Source of the DNA: a virus
IMG/VR virus record: IMGVR_UViG_3300032236_000656
Span: 8,694-72,693 of that record
Length of the DNA stretch: 64,000 bases
Reading direction: 5' to 3' (one strand)
Each line of letters begins with the position of its first letter. Position 1 is the stretch's first letter. This document shows positions 10,036-19,871 of the stretch, piece by piece. The position numbers and the translations under genes were made by a program. Below the pieces are notes generated by a model. It did not search any database and was not told the DNA's origin. It saw nothing but the letters and a program-made list of their open reading frames with translations.

Positions 10036-10890
10036 ATGTCAGAAGAAATTATCGAACCAAATACACATGGCTTACCTCCTGAGGTACTAGAATACCTTCG
10101 CAACACACATATTCATTTTTGTTTACCGATGTATAATGGTGTTTGTAATGAAGCAACTTTTATTAGTATGATTAAGTTCAGTATCATTGCTGCTAAGTTA
10201 GGCATTAACTACAGTATCGATACAATGGTTAATGAAAGTCTAATTACACGAGGTCGCAACAATCTAGTTGCAAAGTTCTTGTTTAATCAAGCAGCAACAC
10301 ACTTAATGTTTATCGACGTCGATCTTGGATTTGATGCAGAGTCAATTCTAAGACTATTGGTTTCCAACAGAGATGTTGTTGGCGGTGTATATCCAATGAA
10401 GCGTATTCCAATTCGGTATGTCATCAATACAGTACCAAACCCTGTTGTAGATGGCGACTTAGTAGAAGTAAGCACATTGGGCACAGGTTTTATGTGCATT
10501 AAGCGTCAAGTAATTGAGCAGATGATTGCTGCACATCCTGAACTAAAGTATCGCGACAACATTGGTATTGGCGCACAGTATGAGCCACTTATGTATGGCC
10601 TATTTGATACTATGATTGATCCTGACGGAAACTATCTATCAGAAGATTGGACATTCTGTTATCTATGGCGTTTGATGGGTGGTAAGGTATTTGCTGATAC
10701 TGGCATTAAGTTAGATCATACTGGATATCACAAGTATGCAGGCGATCTTGAAGAACTTAAGAAAGTTTTAACTAATCAAATTTCTAATGGTGTCGGTGTT
10801 GGTGCTGATAATAATGTCCCAAAGATTCAACTTAATCTAAATGATACAAGTGAAGTGGAAATTATCAGTAAGGAGAATTCATCCCAATGA
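10036..10890 (+). CDS. GT-A fold glycosyltransferase-like protein
   Basis: LPMYNG, ESLITRGRN, HLMFIDVD (DxD), GTGFMCIKR, LSEDWTFC. Confidence 0.75.
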   Translation: MSEEIIEPNTHGLPPEVLEYLRNTHIHFCLPMYNGVCNEATFISMIKFSIIAAKLGINYSIDTMVNESLITRGRNNLVAKFLFNQAATHLMFIDVDLGFDAESILRLLVSNRDVVGGVYPMKRIPIRYVINTVPNPVVDGDLVEVSTLGTGFMCIKRQVIEQMIAAHPELKYRDNIGIGAQYEPLMYGLFDTMIDPDGNYLSEDWTFCYLWRLMGGKVFADTGIKLDHTGYHKYAGDLEELKKVLTNQISNGVGVGADNNVPKIQLNLNDTSEVEIISKENSSQ

Positions 10891-11354
10891 GCGACAATGT
10901 AGAATTTGAAATTTCTATGGCAGCACAATGGTGGCGCGATCCTCCAAAGGTTAACATTTACATAGATAATACCTTAGTGGATTTTGAAGTGTTCGTCGAT
11001 GCATCAAAGGATAAAGATGAAACTAAAGTATTCAAATTCAACAAAGAATTAGAAGAAGGCGAACATTCTATCGTAGTTGAATATCTTAATAAGACAAATG
11101 CAGATACTGTAATTGACGAAGAGGGAAACATCCTTAAGGATCAATTACTCTTTATTGAAAATGTAAGTATTGATGATATTGAACTAGGAAATGTAGTACG
11201 CAAATGCTCTGCATTTTATCCAACTGCTGAAAGATTGGCTTCATTAGATTGGTTAAATCCTGAACTTAAAGGTCAGATTGTTTCAGGTCATCCAGGCAAA
11301 TGGATTTTGAAATTTTCTACTCCAACATATTTGTGGCTATTAGAGAACCTCTAA
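10887..11354 (+). CDS. Hypothetical protein
   Basis: ATGA overlap with the upstream stop. Confidence 0.65.
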   Translation: MSDNVEFEISMAAQWWRDPPKVNIYIDNTLVDFEVFVDASKDKDETKVFKFNKELEEGEHSIVVEYLNKTNADTVIDEEGNILKDQLLFIENVSIDDIELGNVVRKCSAFYPTAERLASLDWLNPELKGQIVSGHPGKWILKFSTPTYLWLLENL

Positions 11355-11369
11355 TAGCATAAATATAAA

Positions 11370-12509
11370 ATGCGAGCAACAGAATTTCTTACTGAAGAAT
11401 ATGATCCAACCAAAGCAAGAGTACCTCACCCTGAAGATGAGGTACTTATTGGTGGTTCAGTAGGTGCTAAATCAGCCATTGCTGCAATTAAGCAGATGGC
11501 AACAAATCCTGAAACAATTAGTATTAAGCCAGACGGTAAACCTGCTTTAATTTGGGGAAGAGACGAAAAAGGATTTTCTCTTGTTGACAAACATATGTTC
11601 AAAGCAGGAACATTACCACGTAATCCTAATGAACTAGCACAAGTTTATTCTGCTCGTAAAGGTGGCGGCAGAGAAGATTTAATTGCAATGATGACTGCAC
11701 TTTGGCCTCAGTTTGAAGCAAGTGTACCAAATAGTTTTCGTGGGTGGCTATTTGGTGACCTACTATACAGTCAAACCCCTCCAATTCAAAACAACAATTT
11801 TGTGTTCAAACCTAATACCGTTGTATATACAGTTGCTACTAATAGCGAATTAGGGCAGCAGATGGCAAAAAGTACATCTGGTATTGTTGTACATACATTC
11901 TTTTCAAAAGCACCAGGAATGGATCCACAAGGTCAATTTGTTGCTCCTCCAGGAAGACATATTAGTAAATTACCCGCAGCCATTAATAATAAAGGTCCAT
12001 TATTAATGATAACTGATCAATTCACAACTCCTCCTAGAGTTAAACTTCCGCCTGATCTAAAGTCTATTGAAAACTTTATTACTTCTAATGGTGCTGTAAT
12101 GGATAAGTTCTTAGACGAAGCAACATTGACATCATTGAAGATAAAAGATCTTCCTTCATTGCTACAAGCATACGGCAATTATAGAGTTAAGCAACGTAAT
12201 TTTGATAATTTTGGTAGCGATTTTATTACTGATTTCTTAGCAAGCAAAAAAGTAAGTCCGCAAAAGATGAATAATATTCAAAAATATATCGAAGCAAATA
12301 GAGCAGGATATAAAGTATTGTGTCAGGCATTTATTGGTATAATGCGTGTTAAGGATCATATTGTTAATAATCTAGACGCACACCCTGCTCAAATGCAAGC
12401 ACATATTAATGATGTACCAGGGCAGGAAGGATATCTTGTTCATACTAAAACTGGTCTATTCAAAACAGTTGACCGCGCAAAGTTCAGTGCTGCTAACTTT
12501 GAACATTAA
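11370..12509 (+). CDS. RNA/DNA ligase-fold protein (DUF6267-like)
   Basis: KPDG (motif I), LFGDLLY (III), EGYLV (IV), FKTVDR (V); MRATEFLTEE N-terminus. Confidence 0.55.
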   Translation: MRATEFLTEEYDPTKARVPHPEDEVLIGGSVGAKSAIAAIKQMATNPETISIKPDGKPALIWGRDEKGFSLVDKHMFKAGTLPRNPNELAQVYSARKGGGREDLIAMMTALWPQFEASVPNSFRGWLFGDLLYSQTPPIQNNNFVFKPNTVVYTVATNSELGQQMAKSTSGIVVHTFFSKAPGMDPQGQFVAPPGRHISKLPAAINNKGPLLMITDQFTTPPRVKLPPDLKSIENFITSNGAVMDKFLDEATLTSLKIKDLPSLLQAYGNYRVKQRNFDNFGSDFITDFLASKKVSPQKMNNIQKYIEANRAGYKVLCQAFIGIMRVKDHIVNNLDAHPAQMQAHINDVPGQEGYLVHTKTGLFKTVDRAKFSAANFEH

Positions 12510-12536
12510 TAAATATATCATCAATCGGGCTTAATC

Positions 12537-15320
12537 ATGCGTGTAGAAGAACTTCATGAAGAAAATATTAAGAAAGTAGTTTTTACTTTTGGCCGATTGA
12601 ACCCTCCACATTTTGGACATCATGCATTAATCCAAACATTACAAAAAGAAGCACAGAAGCAAGGTGCCGATTGGTTCTTATTTGTCAGTGCTAAAACTGG
12701 CGATGAGAAGAATCCTCTTACATATGAACAAAAGATTTGGTGGATACAGGCATTATTTCCTGAGACTAAAGGACATATTGTCAATGATGCCAGTATCAAA
12801 ACTCCATTGATTGCTGCTACTTGGTTATACAAGCAAGGTTATCGTGCTGCTACCTTTGTTGCAGGCGAAGACGATATGTCCAGTTATGGAGAGATGATTA
12901 AAGGTGGCAATGCACATGGACAAAATAATCCAGATGCAGTTAAACAAGGTAAAGGATTTATTTTCAATCCATTAGACTTTGCTATTAGTCCACGTTTAGC
13001 CAGTGCTACTAATGCTCGTAGAAATGTCACAGATGGTGATCCAGAAGCATTTGTTCGCAGTATACTTGGTCCTAAGATTAATCCGCGATTAGAAAAATTA
13101 GTGCATGATCAATTGTATCCAACATTGCGTAAGGCAATGGGATTAAGTGAAAGCGTTGACGAAAGCGCAGAACTTAATAAGACTACTCCTAGTGTAAGAG
13201 ATCTTGCTAAGAAGTATGCAACAGATCCTTCTACCATACATCATCAAGTCAACAGAGGTGTTAAGGTAGAATTTGAACATACAAACGACATCGAAGTTGC
13301 TACTGAAATAGCAATGGATCATCTTGGTGAAAGATTGGATTACTACGATCTATTAGACAAGTTAGAGAAAACTCCAAAAAAAAAGTTTGGTGAAAACTTT
13401 GCTGATGGTAAAGGTCCGGGTAGACCAGGCGATAGTCAAAGACACAGTATCCCAAAAACAGTAGATGAAGCAATGTGGCCTTTCAAAAAGAAGAAAGCGC
13501 CAGAAATGTCGGCGCCTAAGCGTTGGCCAGATCGTGATGATGATCTAGAACAATGGATGCGTGATAAGATTACACATTATAAGAGCAAAGGTTGGGATCC
13601 TGCTGTATTCTTTAGTCCAGCTACTGGTGATTACTTCCCCATCTATTTCGCAACTGGCTTCAGATATAATGATGCTGCTAAACAAGCATACCGTAACATC
13701 AAGCGAGAGTTCCCAGATCTGGTCAAACGTGCTAGGGAAGAGATCAGCACTCCAATGGCAATGCGTATAAATCAAAGTAGAGTTGGTGATCACGAAGATT
13801 GGCCAGAAAATTCCCCTAGTGTATATGAGAACTTCGCTGATGGTAAAGGACCCGGACATCCTGGGGACAGTCAGCGTCATGGCATCCCAAAGAAAGCAAC
13901 AATAGCACAGTTAGAGAAAGCAAGTCATGCTAAAGGTCGTAAAGGACAATTAGCACGTTGGCAACTGAACATGCGTCGTGGTAAGAAGAAAGCCAATGAA
14001 GAAATAACTAACGAAGTTGCAGATCAGCCATATCGTTTTATTTCACCAGTAAGTACTTCAACCACACAAAAATCTATATTCCAAACTGATGGCGGCGCAA
14101 GAATGCAGGTCGCCATTATGATACCTCAAAATTCTGATACTGCACATATTGGCTTTTATGATGCCACTGATCAAGATAATCCTACAATAGCAGTAACAGG
14201 CAAGGGAGATGCTTTCCGTGTGTTTGCTACTGTAGGTGCTATCGTAAAGCAGTTTGTTGACAAGCGTAAGCCACCCTACATTAATTTTGCTGGTAAGTCA
14301 TCTGAATCAGGTCGTATTAAATTATATGATATGATTGCCAAGAACATTGGTCGTTATCTACCAGATTATAAGTTGGTTGATACTGGCATGGTCTCAGGCG
14401 GTGATAAAGGATATGTGTTTCAGAGAGTAGCACAAGAAAGTGTAGTTGAAGAAAAGAAACCTAAAAAGCCAAAAACTATTATTGACGGTGCGTTAAAGAC
14501 ATTGATTGCTAAAGGCCGTAGCGAAGATGAAGCAATTGCTGATCTAAAGAAAGAAATCGACAGCAAGTTTTATGATTTGGATGAATGGTCTCCTATGGAG
14601 ATAGCAATTATGGAAGGTGGTCATCTATTGGATGATTACGATGAGAATTTAGAAGAAACACTTAAAAAAGTTAAAGGCAAGTGGGCTTTGGTCAGTAGAC
14701 AAAATCCTAAAAAGGTGTTACAATACTATCATGGTAGTCAACATCCTAGCAAGGAATGGGTGAACAAAGTGGAACGCAGAGTTCATAGTTTTGAAAGTGT
14801 AATGGAAGATGATTCGGTTAAGCCTCGTGTTTACCTAGACATGGATGGCGTGCTTGCTGACTTCTTTGGAGAATGGTCAAGATTAGCAGGAGTTGATCAT
14901 TATAAAGATATTAACAATGCAGAGGAATCATTACAGTTAGTGAGAGATCATCCAACATTTTGGGTTGATCTTCCTATGCTGCCTCATGCAAAAGCATTAG
15001 TAAAAACAGTTATCGAAAAGTATGGTGAATATAGAATTTGCAGTAAACCACTAGAAGGTGATGATCGCAGTAAACCCGGCAAGATGGCATGGATTAAGAA
15101 ACACTTAAGTGACATGCCTCCTGTTGAAGTTGTATTAACTGCGGACAAAGCAAAGTATGCAATGCACGAAGGCGTGCCAAGTATACTTGTTGATGACTTT
15201 GGCGTTAACATTAACGCTTGGAAGACATCTGGTGGTATTGGCATCAAGTATGATGACTCGGCATTTCCGCAAGTTGAAAAGATACTGGAAAAGATTGCCA
15301 AGTCTGGAGTTCTAAAATGA
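12537..15320 (+). CDS. Multidomain polyprotein: cytidylyltransferase-like, DUF5661-like and other modules, HAD 5'(3')-deoxyribonucleotidase
   Basis: TFGRLNPPHFGH (HxGH); GVKVEFEHT...AMDHLGE; YLDMDGVLADF...ILVDDF; Glu-rich linkers. Confidence 0.7.
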   Translation: MRVEELHEENIKKVVFTFGRLNPPHFGHHALIQTLQKEAQKQGADWFLFVSAKTGDEKNPLTYEQKIWWIQALFPETKGHIVNDASIKTPLIAATWLYKQGYRAATFVAGEDDMSSYGEMIKGGNAHGQNNPDAVKQGKGFIFNPLDFAISPRLASATNARRNVTDGDPEAFVRSILGPKINPRLEKLVHDQLYPTLRKAMGLSESVDESAELNKTTPSVRDLAKKYATDPSTIHHQVNRGVKVEFEHTNDIEVATEIAMDHLGERLDYYDLLDKLEKTPKKKFGENFADGKGPGRPGDSQRHSIPKTVDEAMWPFKKKKAPEMSAPKRWPDRDDDLEQWMRDKITHYKSKGWDPAVFFSPATGDYFPIYFATGFRYNDAAKQAYRNIKREFPDLVKRAREEISTPMAMRINQSRVGDHEDWPENSPSVYENFADGKGPGHPGDSQRHGIPKKATIAQLEKASHAKGRKGQLARWQLNMRRGKKKANEEITNEVADQPYRFISPVSTSTTQKSIFQTDGGARMQVAIMIPQNSDTAHIGFYDATDQDNPTIAVTGKGDAFRVFATVGAIVKQFVDKRKPPYINFAGKSSESGRIKLYDMIAKNIGRYLPDYKLVDTGMVSGGDKGYVFQRVAQESVVEEKKPKKPKTIIDGALKTLIAKGRSEDEAIADLKKEIDSKFYDLDEWSPMEIAIMEGGHLLDDYDENLEETLKKVKGKWALVSRQNPKKVLQYYHGSQHPSKEWVNKVERRVHSFESVMEDDSVKPRVYLDMDGVLADFFGEWSRLAGVDHYKDINNAEESLQLVRDHPTFWVDLPMLPHAKALVKTVIEKYGEYRICSKPLEGDDRSKPGKMAWIKKHLSDMPPVEVVLTADKAKYAMHEGVPSILVDDFGVNINAWKTSGGIGIKYDDSAFPQVEKILEKIAKSGVLK
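13392..13893 (+). repeat. Two diverged copies of the ENFADGKGPGxPGDSQRHxIPK coding module
   Basis: Copies start at ~13392 and ~13827 and flank an unrelated ~120-aa module. Confidence 0.8.
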
Positions 15321-15330
15321 GGAGCGTAAC

Positions 15331-15597
15331 ATGCGTTGCACCAATGATAGAGACTGGGATCAGATCCTTACAATATGGGAGAATTTCTCTCTAATAGAAC
15401 CTATCAATATAAAGACTGTGGAAATAAAACGCCAAGCAGTTGAATACTTGGGCATCGATAATCATCACAAATTAAACAAACACGAATTAAGATCCTTGTT
15501 AAGCAAGGCACATAAAATGAAAAACAGCACGAAAAAAGAAGAACGTGCTAGAGGGAACGAATTAGAAAAACAACTTCTAAGCGTTTTTAACTACTAA
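15331..15597 (+). CDS. Hypothetical protein
   Basis: SD GAGGAG before the ATG. Confidence 0.6.
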   Translation: MRCTNDRDWDQILTIWENFSLIEPINIKTVEIKRQAVEYLGIDNHHKLNKHELRSLLSKAHKMKNSTKKEERARGNELEKQLLSVFNY

Positions 15598-15604
15598 GTA
15601 ATTG

Positions 15605-15895
15605 ATGGAATCATTACTAAGAGTTAGAATTAAAGTACCCGAATCATCAACTAAAAATGGTAGATATAGACTTTGGCTTGATAAATTTATGTTGATCGAG
15701 CGTATATATCCTATTGAAATTGGCAGTTATCTTCAATTAGAAGAAATTGTTCATGTTAAATTATCCCCTGGCATACACCATATAAAGATTGAAAATTTAG
15801 AGTTGGAAACGCAAGCAATTATAAATGCTGTGGCAATTAATGATACAATATATCTCAATTTATCCACTTTAGTTCAATCTTTCGAATTACGATAA
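15605..15895 (+). CDS. Hypothetical protein
   Basis: ORF in a packed operon. Confidence 0.55.
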   Translation: MESLLRVRIKVPESSTKNGRYRLWLDKFMLIERIYPIEIGSYLQLEEIVHVKLSPGIHHIKIENLELETQAIINAVAINDTIYLNLSTLVQSFELR

Positions 15896-15920
15896 ATATT
15901 TTCAACACAGGATTTTCCAG

Positions 15921-16970
15921 ATGAACGAACGACACGTTAAACTCCTTACCCAGCGTTATGCCGTTGAACAGCGCATTCGTGAATTACAAAATACAACAAT
16001 ATCAGAGTCAAATAGATCAGCAGCAGATGCATTGCTTGCTAAACTTCATGCTACACTTGCTAGAATTAATGAAAGTTCTGAAGTTGTTGAACTCAGTATT
16101 CCTTCAAGAGATAATAGCAATGATCACGAAATGGGACATCACCATCAAGAACTAGATCATGAAGTAGATATGGCACGTGCAGAATTACATCGTGCTGCAC
16201 ATTCTGCTATTGCACTTGGAAAAATTCTTGAAAGAATTAGCGAAGAACAAGGGTTAGAAGGTTGGGTCCAGGCTAAGATTACCAAGGCTGCTGATTATCT
16301 AGACAGCGTATATCATTATTTAGAATATGAGATGAATGCCAGTCATGATGTTGATGAAGGTGTTGCAGCATATGGCCCCGGCGAAGATCCAAATGATCCA
16401 CAGTCTGCAAAGCCTCAGGCTCCTGGTGCACCACAACAAAATCCAAATGCACAGCAGCCTGGACAACAGAGTACAACTCCTCCTGCAGGTGGCTCAACTC
16501 CTGGATCCACAAGTCCAGGTATGGTAAAGATGGCTAAGTTGGACGCACAAAAGAAACCAATTGGCACACCACTAATGGTCAAGAGTGCAGAAATTGCAGC
16601 AAAGCAAAAGCAAGGTTTCTTCGTTATTGGTGAAAGCAAAGAAGAAAAGAAAGTTGCACACTGTTCACAGTGCGGTAAAGGATTTAGTGCATCGGGTGTA
16701 GATGCAAAGTATAAGACTGGATTTAGTCATTGTAAAGATCATAAGGGTATGAAAGTAATTGCAGAAGATGCAAGTGCTGGTGCGAGTAGTGCAGGTTCAA
16801 TGGGAGGAAGTCCGACTGGATTTGCAAGCGGTGGCATTGGGATGCAGAAGCGTAAGAAAAAGAAGATTGGTGAAGAGACTGTAGAAAATGATGAACCAAC
16901 TTTTACAGGCTACTGGAAAGGCAAGGACAAAGGTAAGCCTGGCAAGAAGATGGTAGGAAGTAGTACATAA
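15921..16970 (+). CDS. Putative internal head protein (modular)
   Basis: After ATAAATA (15892); WVQAKITKAADYL module, CxxC...HC..H Zn module, Glu-delimited segments. Confidence 0.6.
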   Translation: MNERHVKLLTQRYAVEQRIRELQNTTISESNRSAADALLAKLHATLARINESSEVVELSIPSRDNSNDHEMGHHHQELDHEVDMARAELHRAAHSAIALGKILERISEEQGLEGWVQAKITKAADYLDSVYHYLEYEMNASHDVDEGVAAYGPGEDPNDPQSAKPQAPGAPQQNPNAQQPGQQSTTPPAGGSTPGSTSPGMVKMAKLDAQKKPIGTPLMVKSAEIAAKQKQGFFVIGESKEEKKVAHCSQCGKGFSASGVDAKYKTGFSHCKDHKGMKVIAEDASAGASSAGSMGGSPTGFASGGIGMQKRKKKKIGEETVENDEPTFTGYWKGKDKGKPGKKMVGSST

Positions 16971-18163
16971 TGCGAATTAACGAAGTAGCAACTTATTCAT
17001 ATATTGAAGAAACAAGCCAACTATTTCAGGCTCTTGCTCTTCGTCATACTATGCTAGTAGAGGGTCAACTAGACGAAGCAGGTGTGTGGGATATTGTTAA
17101 AGGAACAGTTGGCGGCGTAATGAAAGGCATTAAAACTGCCGATGATGCCATTAACAAACTTGGTCGTCTTGTTCAGCAAACTAAACCTGTTGAAGAATTT
17201 GATACTAAAGTTGATGCTGTTGTTGCTGATCTTAAACAAAAATTAGGTGCTAAATCTCCTAAAGCCGTTGCAACTGCTGAGAAGTATGCTGCTTGGGCTA
17301 AAGAACATCCCATTAAACAAGGTCTTATCATTGGTGCATTAACTGCTATTGCTGCTCTTGCTGTTGGTCCTGGTGCCGCAGCGGCCGCTGGATTTATTCT
17401 TCGTGCAACAAATGAATATATGAAAGGTGAAAAGGCATCAACTGCGATTGGCAAAGGTGTAAAGTCTGCGGCAGTTGGTGCTGCATTAGGTGCTCTTGCA
17501 AATGCTGCTATTCCTGAAATTGGAGAGATGTTTAAGTTAGCCAAACCTATATTAAAAGATGTACCTGGCTATAATGCATTAACAACATTTAATGCAACAT
17601 ATATATTTAACGGAAATCCGTTAGTTAACATTTCAAGAATGATGGATGATGATTCTATTAAAAAATATTATGCTCTTACTAAAGAATTAGATGCAGCATT
17701 AACTGAAATGACTGCTTGGCATCAAGATGGAACTAAAGTTGGTCCTGAAAAAGCTCAACAAGCCTTGGCTAAAATTAAAAATTTCTTGAACAGCAAAGAA
17801 TTAAACGAAAAAGTAGCAGACATACTAGCAAACAATGCTTCTGTAGTTGATAAACAGGCAGCGGCTCAAAAAGCTTACAATGCTGCCTTAGCAACTGCCA
17901 CAACAACTAATACTCAAATTGATAATGTAATAAAAATATTAAAACAAGTATCTACTGCTGGCGCTGCTGGTACAGCCGCTAGCGGATTAGCAGGAAAAGC
18001 AGCAGGAGCAGTTAAAGGTGCCGCTGGTGCTGCAAGAGATAAATTTAGAGACTTTGTTCCAAGTAAAACATTTAAAACTGTATCACAGCAAATTAAAGAT
18101 CTACAGCCTGCTGACAAGCAGAAGTTAGTATCAATATTAAAGCAAGAACTCGCAACAGCATAA
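16970..18163 (+). CDS. Putative internal head/ejection protein, Ala-rich with a hydrophobic segment
   Basis: MRINEV start; GLIIGALTAIAALAVG hydrophobic stretch. Confidence 0.55.
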   Translation: MRINEVATYSYIEETSQLFQALALRHTMLVEGQLDEAGVWDIVKGTVGGVMKGIKTADDAINKLGRLVQQTKPVEEFDTKVDAVVADLKQKLGAKSPKAVATAEKYAAWAKEHPIKQGLIIGALTAIAALAVGPGAAAAAGFILRATNEYMKGEKASTAIGKGVKSAAVGAALGALANAAIPEIGEMFKLAKPILKDVPGYNALTTFNATYIFNGNPLVNISRMMDDDSIKKYYALTKELDAALTEMTAWHQDGTKVGPEKAQQALAKIKNFLNSKELNEKVADILANNASVVDKQAAAQKAYNAALATATTTNTQIDNVIKILKQVSTAGAAGTAASGLAGKAAGAVKGAAGAARDKFRDFVPSKTFKTVSQQIKDLQPADKQKLVSILKQELATA

Positions 18164-18176
18164 GGGAGTATCAATC

Positions 18177-18323
18177 ATGGCAAAGGCAATCAAAGAAGTA
18201 AAGTTAGAAAGAGTTAAGAATAATAAAGGCACAAGCCAAGGTATTGGCAACCTTAAGATGAGTTCAATGAATAAACATACAAAGCGCAGTTTTAAGAAAT
18301 ATAGAGGCCAGGGTAAACCATGA
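18177..18323 (+). CDS. Small basic protein (48 aa, not in the ORF track)
   Basis: SD AAGGGAG; MAKAIKEVK...KKYRGQGKP; stop overlaps the next ATG. Confidence 0.7.
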   Translation: MAKAIKEVKLERVKNNKGTSQGIGNLKMSSMNKHTKRSFKKYRGQGKP

Positions 18324-19495
18324 GAATAAGTGAGATATTAGAAGCAAATTATTGGAAGGCAGACAAAACTTTTAGACAAAAGCGTTTGCCAACATTAGAG
18401 CCTGATCCAGTAGATAATGCTGAAAGATTTGATGCTGCTAAACATGATCAAGCAGATGATCACGGTCCAGAGATCGATGTTAACAATGCTCAAATGAGAG
18501 CAGCAATAACTCAATTGTTATTGAAGTTACCACCAAGACTCGAACGTATTCTTAGAGAAAGATTCTTCTTAGATAAAACATTAGAAGAAATTGGTGCAAA
18601 ATATAATATATCTCCAGGTAGAATTAGACAACTGGAAGCAAAGGCATTGAGACTGTTAAAGCATCCTAGTCGTTCTAAACAACTAAAGTCAATGCTACAA
18701 ACCAGTACTCAAGAAGCAGCCAACCCTGCACAACAAGCAGCCATTGCTATCAATATGAAAAAGCATGGTAAGAAGCCTAAAGATGACATGGACGAAGCCA
18801 AGCAACGCCTAGATCCAAAATGCTGGACTGGTTATCATAAAGCCGGTACTAAGATGAAGGGTGGCATCAGAGTTAATAACTGTGTCAAGGATGAAAGCAT
18901 CAATGAATTTGCCCCAGACGAAGGTCCAGAACGTGATGATGGCGGCAAGCCAGAATTCATGTCATGGGAAGACTTTGTTGCCGCAGTTGCTAATCTGACT
19001 AAGTCTGCTTTTGATGTTAAGATTGGTTTCAAAAATAAGAAACTAAACAAGACACAAGCAGCAGCAAAGTTTATTCCACACGATCCATTTGAATTTGGAC
19101 CTGTATCCTTGTATGCTTTTAAGGATCGCAGACCTCCTTACCGTGTAGGTGTTAGGGCACATATGCAGATTGGTGCATACAGCAAACACGGAGAACAACT
19201 TCTTAGTCAGTATAAGATCCCGCAGAACAATCTACGCGAAGTCTTGATGACCCCTGCAAATGCAACCAGGATTGCTCATGCTATCATGCAGAATACTAAT
19301 GGAGCATTGAAGGAAAGTGTTGAAGAATCAAGCGGTCACATTCCTAAAAACGAAAAAGAAGCACATGATCCACGTTGGTCCAATGCTTTAACTGTTGATA
19401 TTGGTCCTGGTGAAGATAAGAAACAAGCTGCTAAGTTTGGTTTTAAGGTAAGTAATAGTGGTCCACCCAAACTACGAGCAAATGGAAAATTCTAA
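18320..19495 (+). CDS. Modular protein containing a sigma70 region 4 domain
   Basis: LPPRLERILRERF...TLEEIGAKYNISPGRIRQLEAKALRLLKHPSRS matches RpoD regions 4.1/4.2. Confidence 0.8.
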   Translation: MRISEILEANYWKADKTFRQKRLPTLEPDPVDNAERFDAAKHDQADDHGPEIDVNNAQMRAAITQLLLKLPPRLERILRERFFLDKTLEEIGAKYNISPGRIRQLEAKALRLLKHPSRSKQLKSMLQTSTQEAANPAQQAAIAINMKKHGKKPKDDMDEAKQRLDPKCWTGYHKAGTKMKGGIRVNNCVKDESINEFAPDEGPERDDGGKPEFMSWEDFVAAVANLTKSAFDVKIGFKNKKLNKTQAAAKFIPHDPFEFGPVSLYAFKDRRPPYRVGVRAHMQIGAYSKHGEQLLSQYKIPQNNLREVLMTPANATRIAHAIMQNTNGALKESVEESSGHIPKNEKEAHDPRWSNALTVDIGPGEDKKQAAKFGFKVSNSGPPKLRANGKF

Positions 19496-19848
19496 TGCGT
19501 GTTAAAGAAATTATGGAAGCAGTGATGTCGGTTGGTGTACAGTCTAAACATCCTATCAGCGCAGGTGCTCGTGGATTAATGGGCGCACGTTTTCGTTATG
19601 ATCTTGCAGTTGAAAATAATGCAAACGACAGCGATAAAAATGCAGTTGATCAACTTGAACATAATTTAAAGTATATTCCAAAAACTGACTACGATCACAT
19701 TGATATGCTAATGCAGACTATCTGCGAAAAATTTAGAATTGAACCTAAAAAATTGCATGATATGTTTATTCAAAAATTTAATTGCACTCCTGACGCTTAT
19801 GCTATAAACTATAAGAAGTCAAGAGAAGGTCAGCCAAGAAAGATCTAA
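19495..19848 (+). CDS. Hypothetical protein (MRVKEIMEA start)
   Basis: Coupled start; shares the N-terminal motif of its neighbours. Confidence 0.6.
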   Translation: MRVKEIMEAVMSVGVQSKHPISAGARGLMGARFRYDLAVENNANDSDKNAVDQLEHNLKYIPKTDYDHIDMLMQTICEKFRIEPKKLHDMFIQKFNCTPDAYAINYKKSREGQPRKI

Positions 19849-19867
19849 CCCTTGACATAAAGGGTTA
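19846..19867. other. Hairpin at the end of the head-protein block
   Basis: TAACCCTT-GACATA-AAGGGTTA, 8-bp inverted repeat. Confidence 0.45.
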
Positions 19868-19871
19868 ATAT

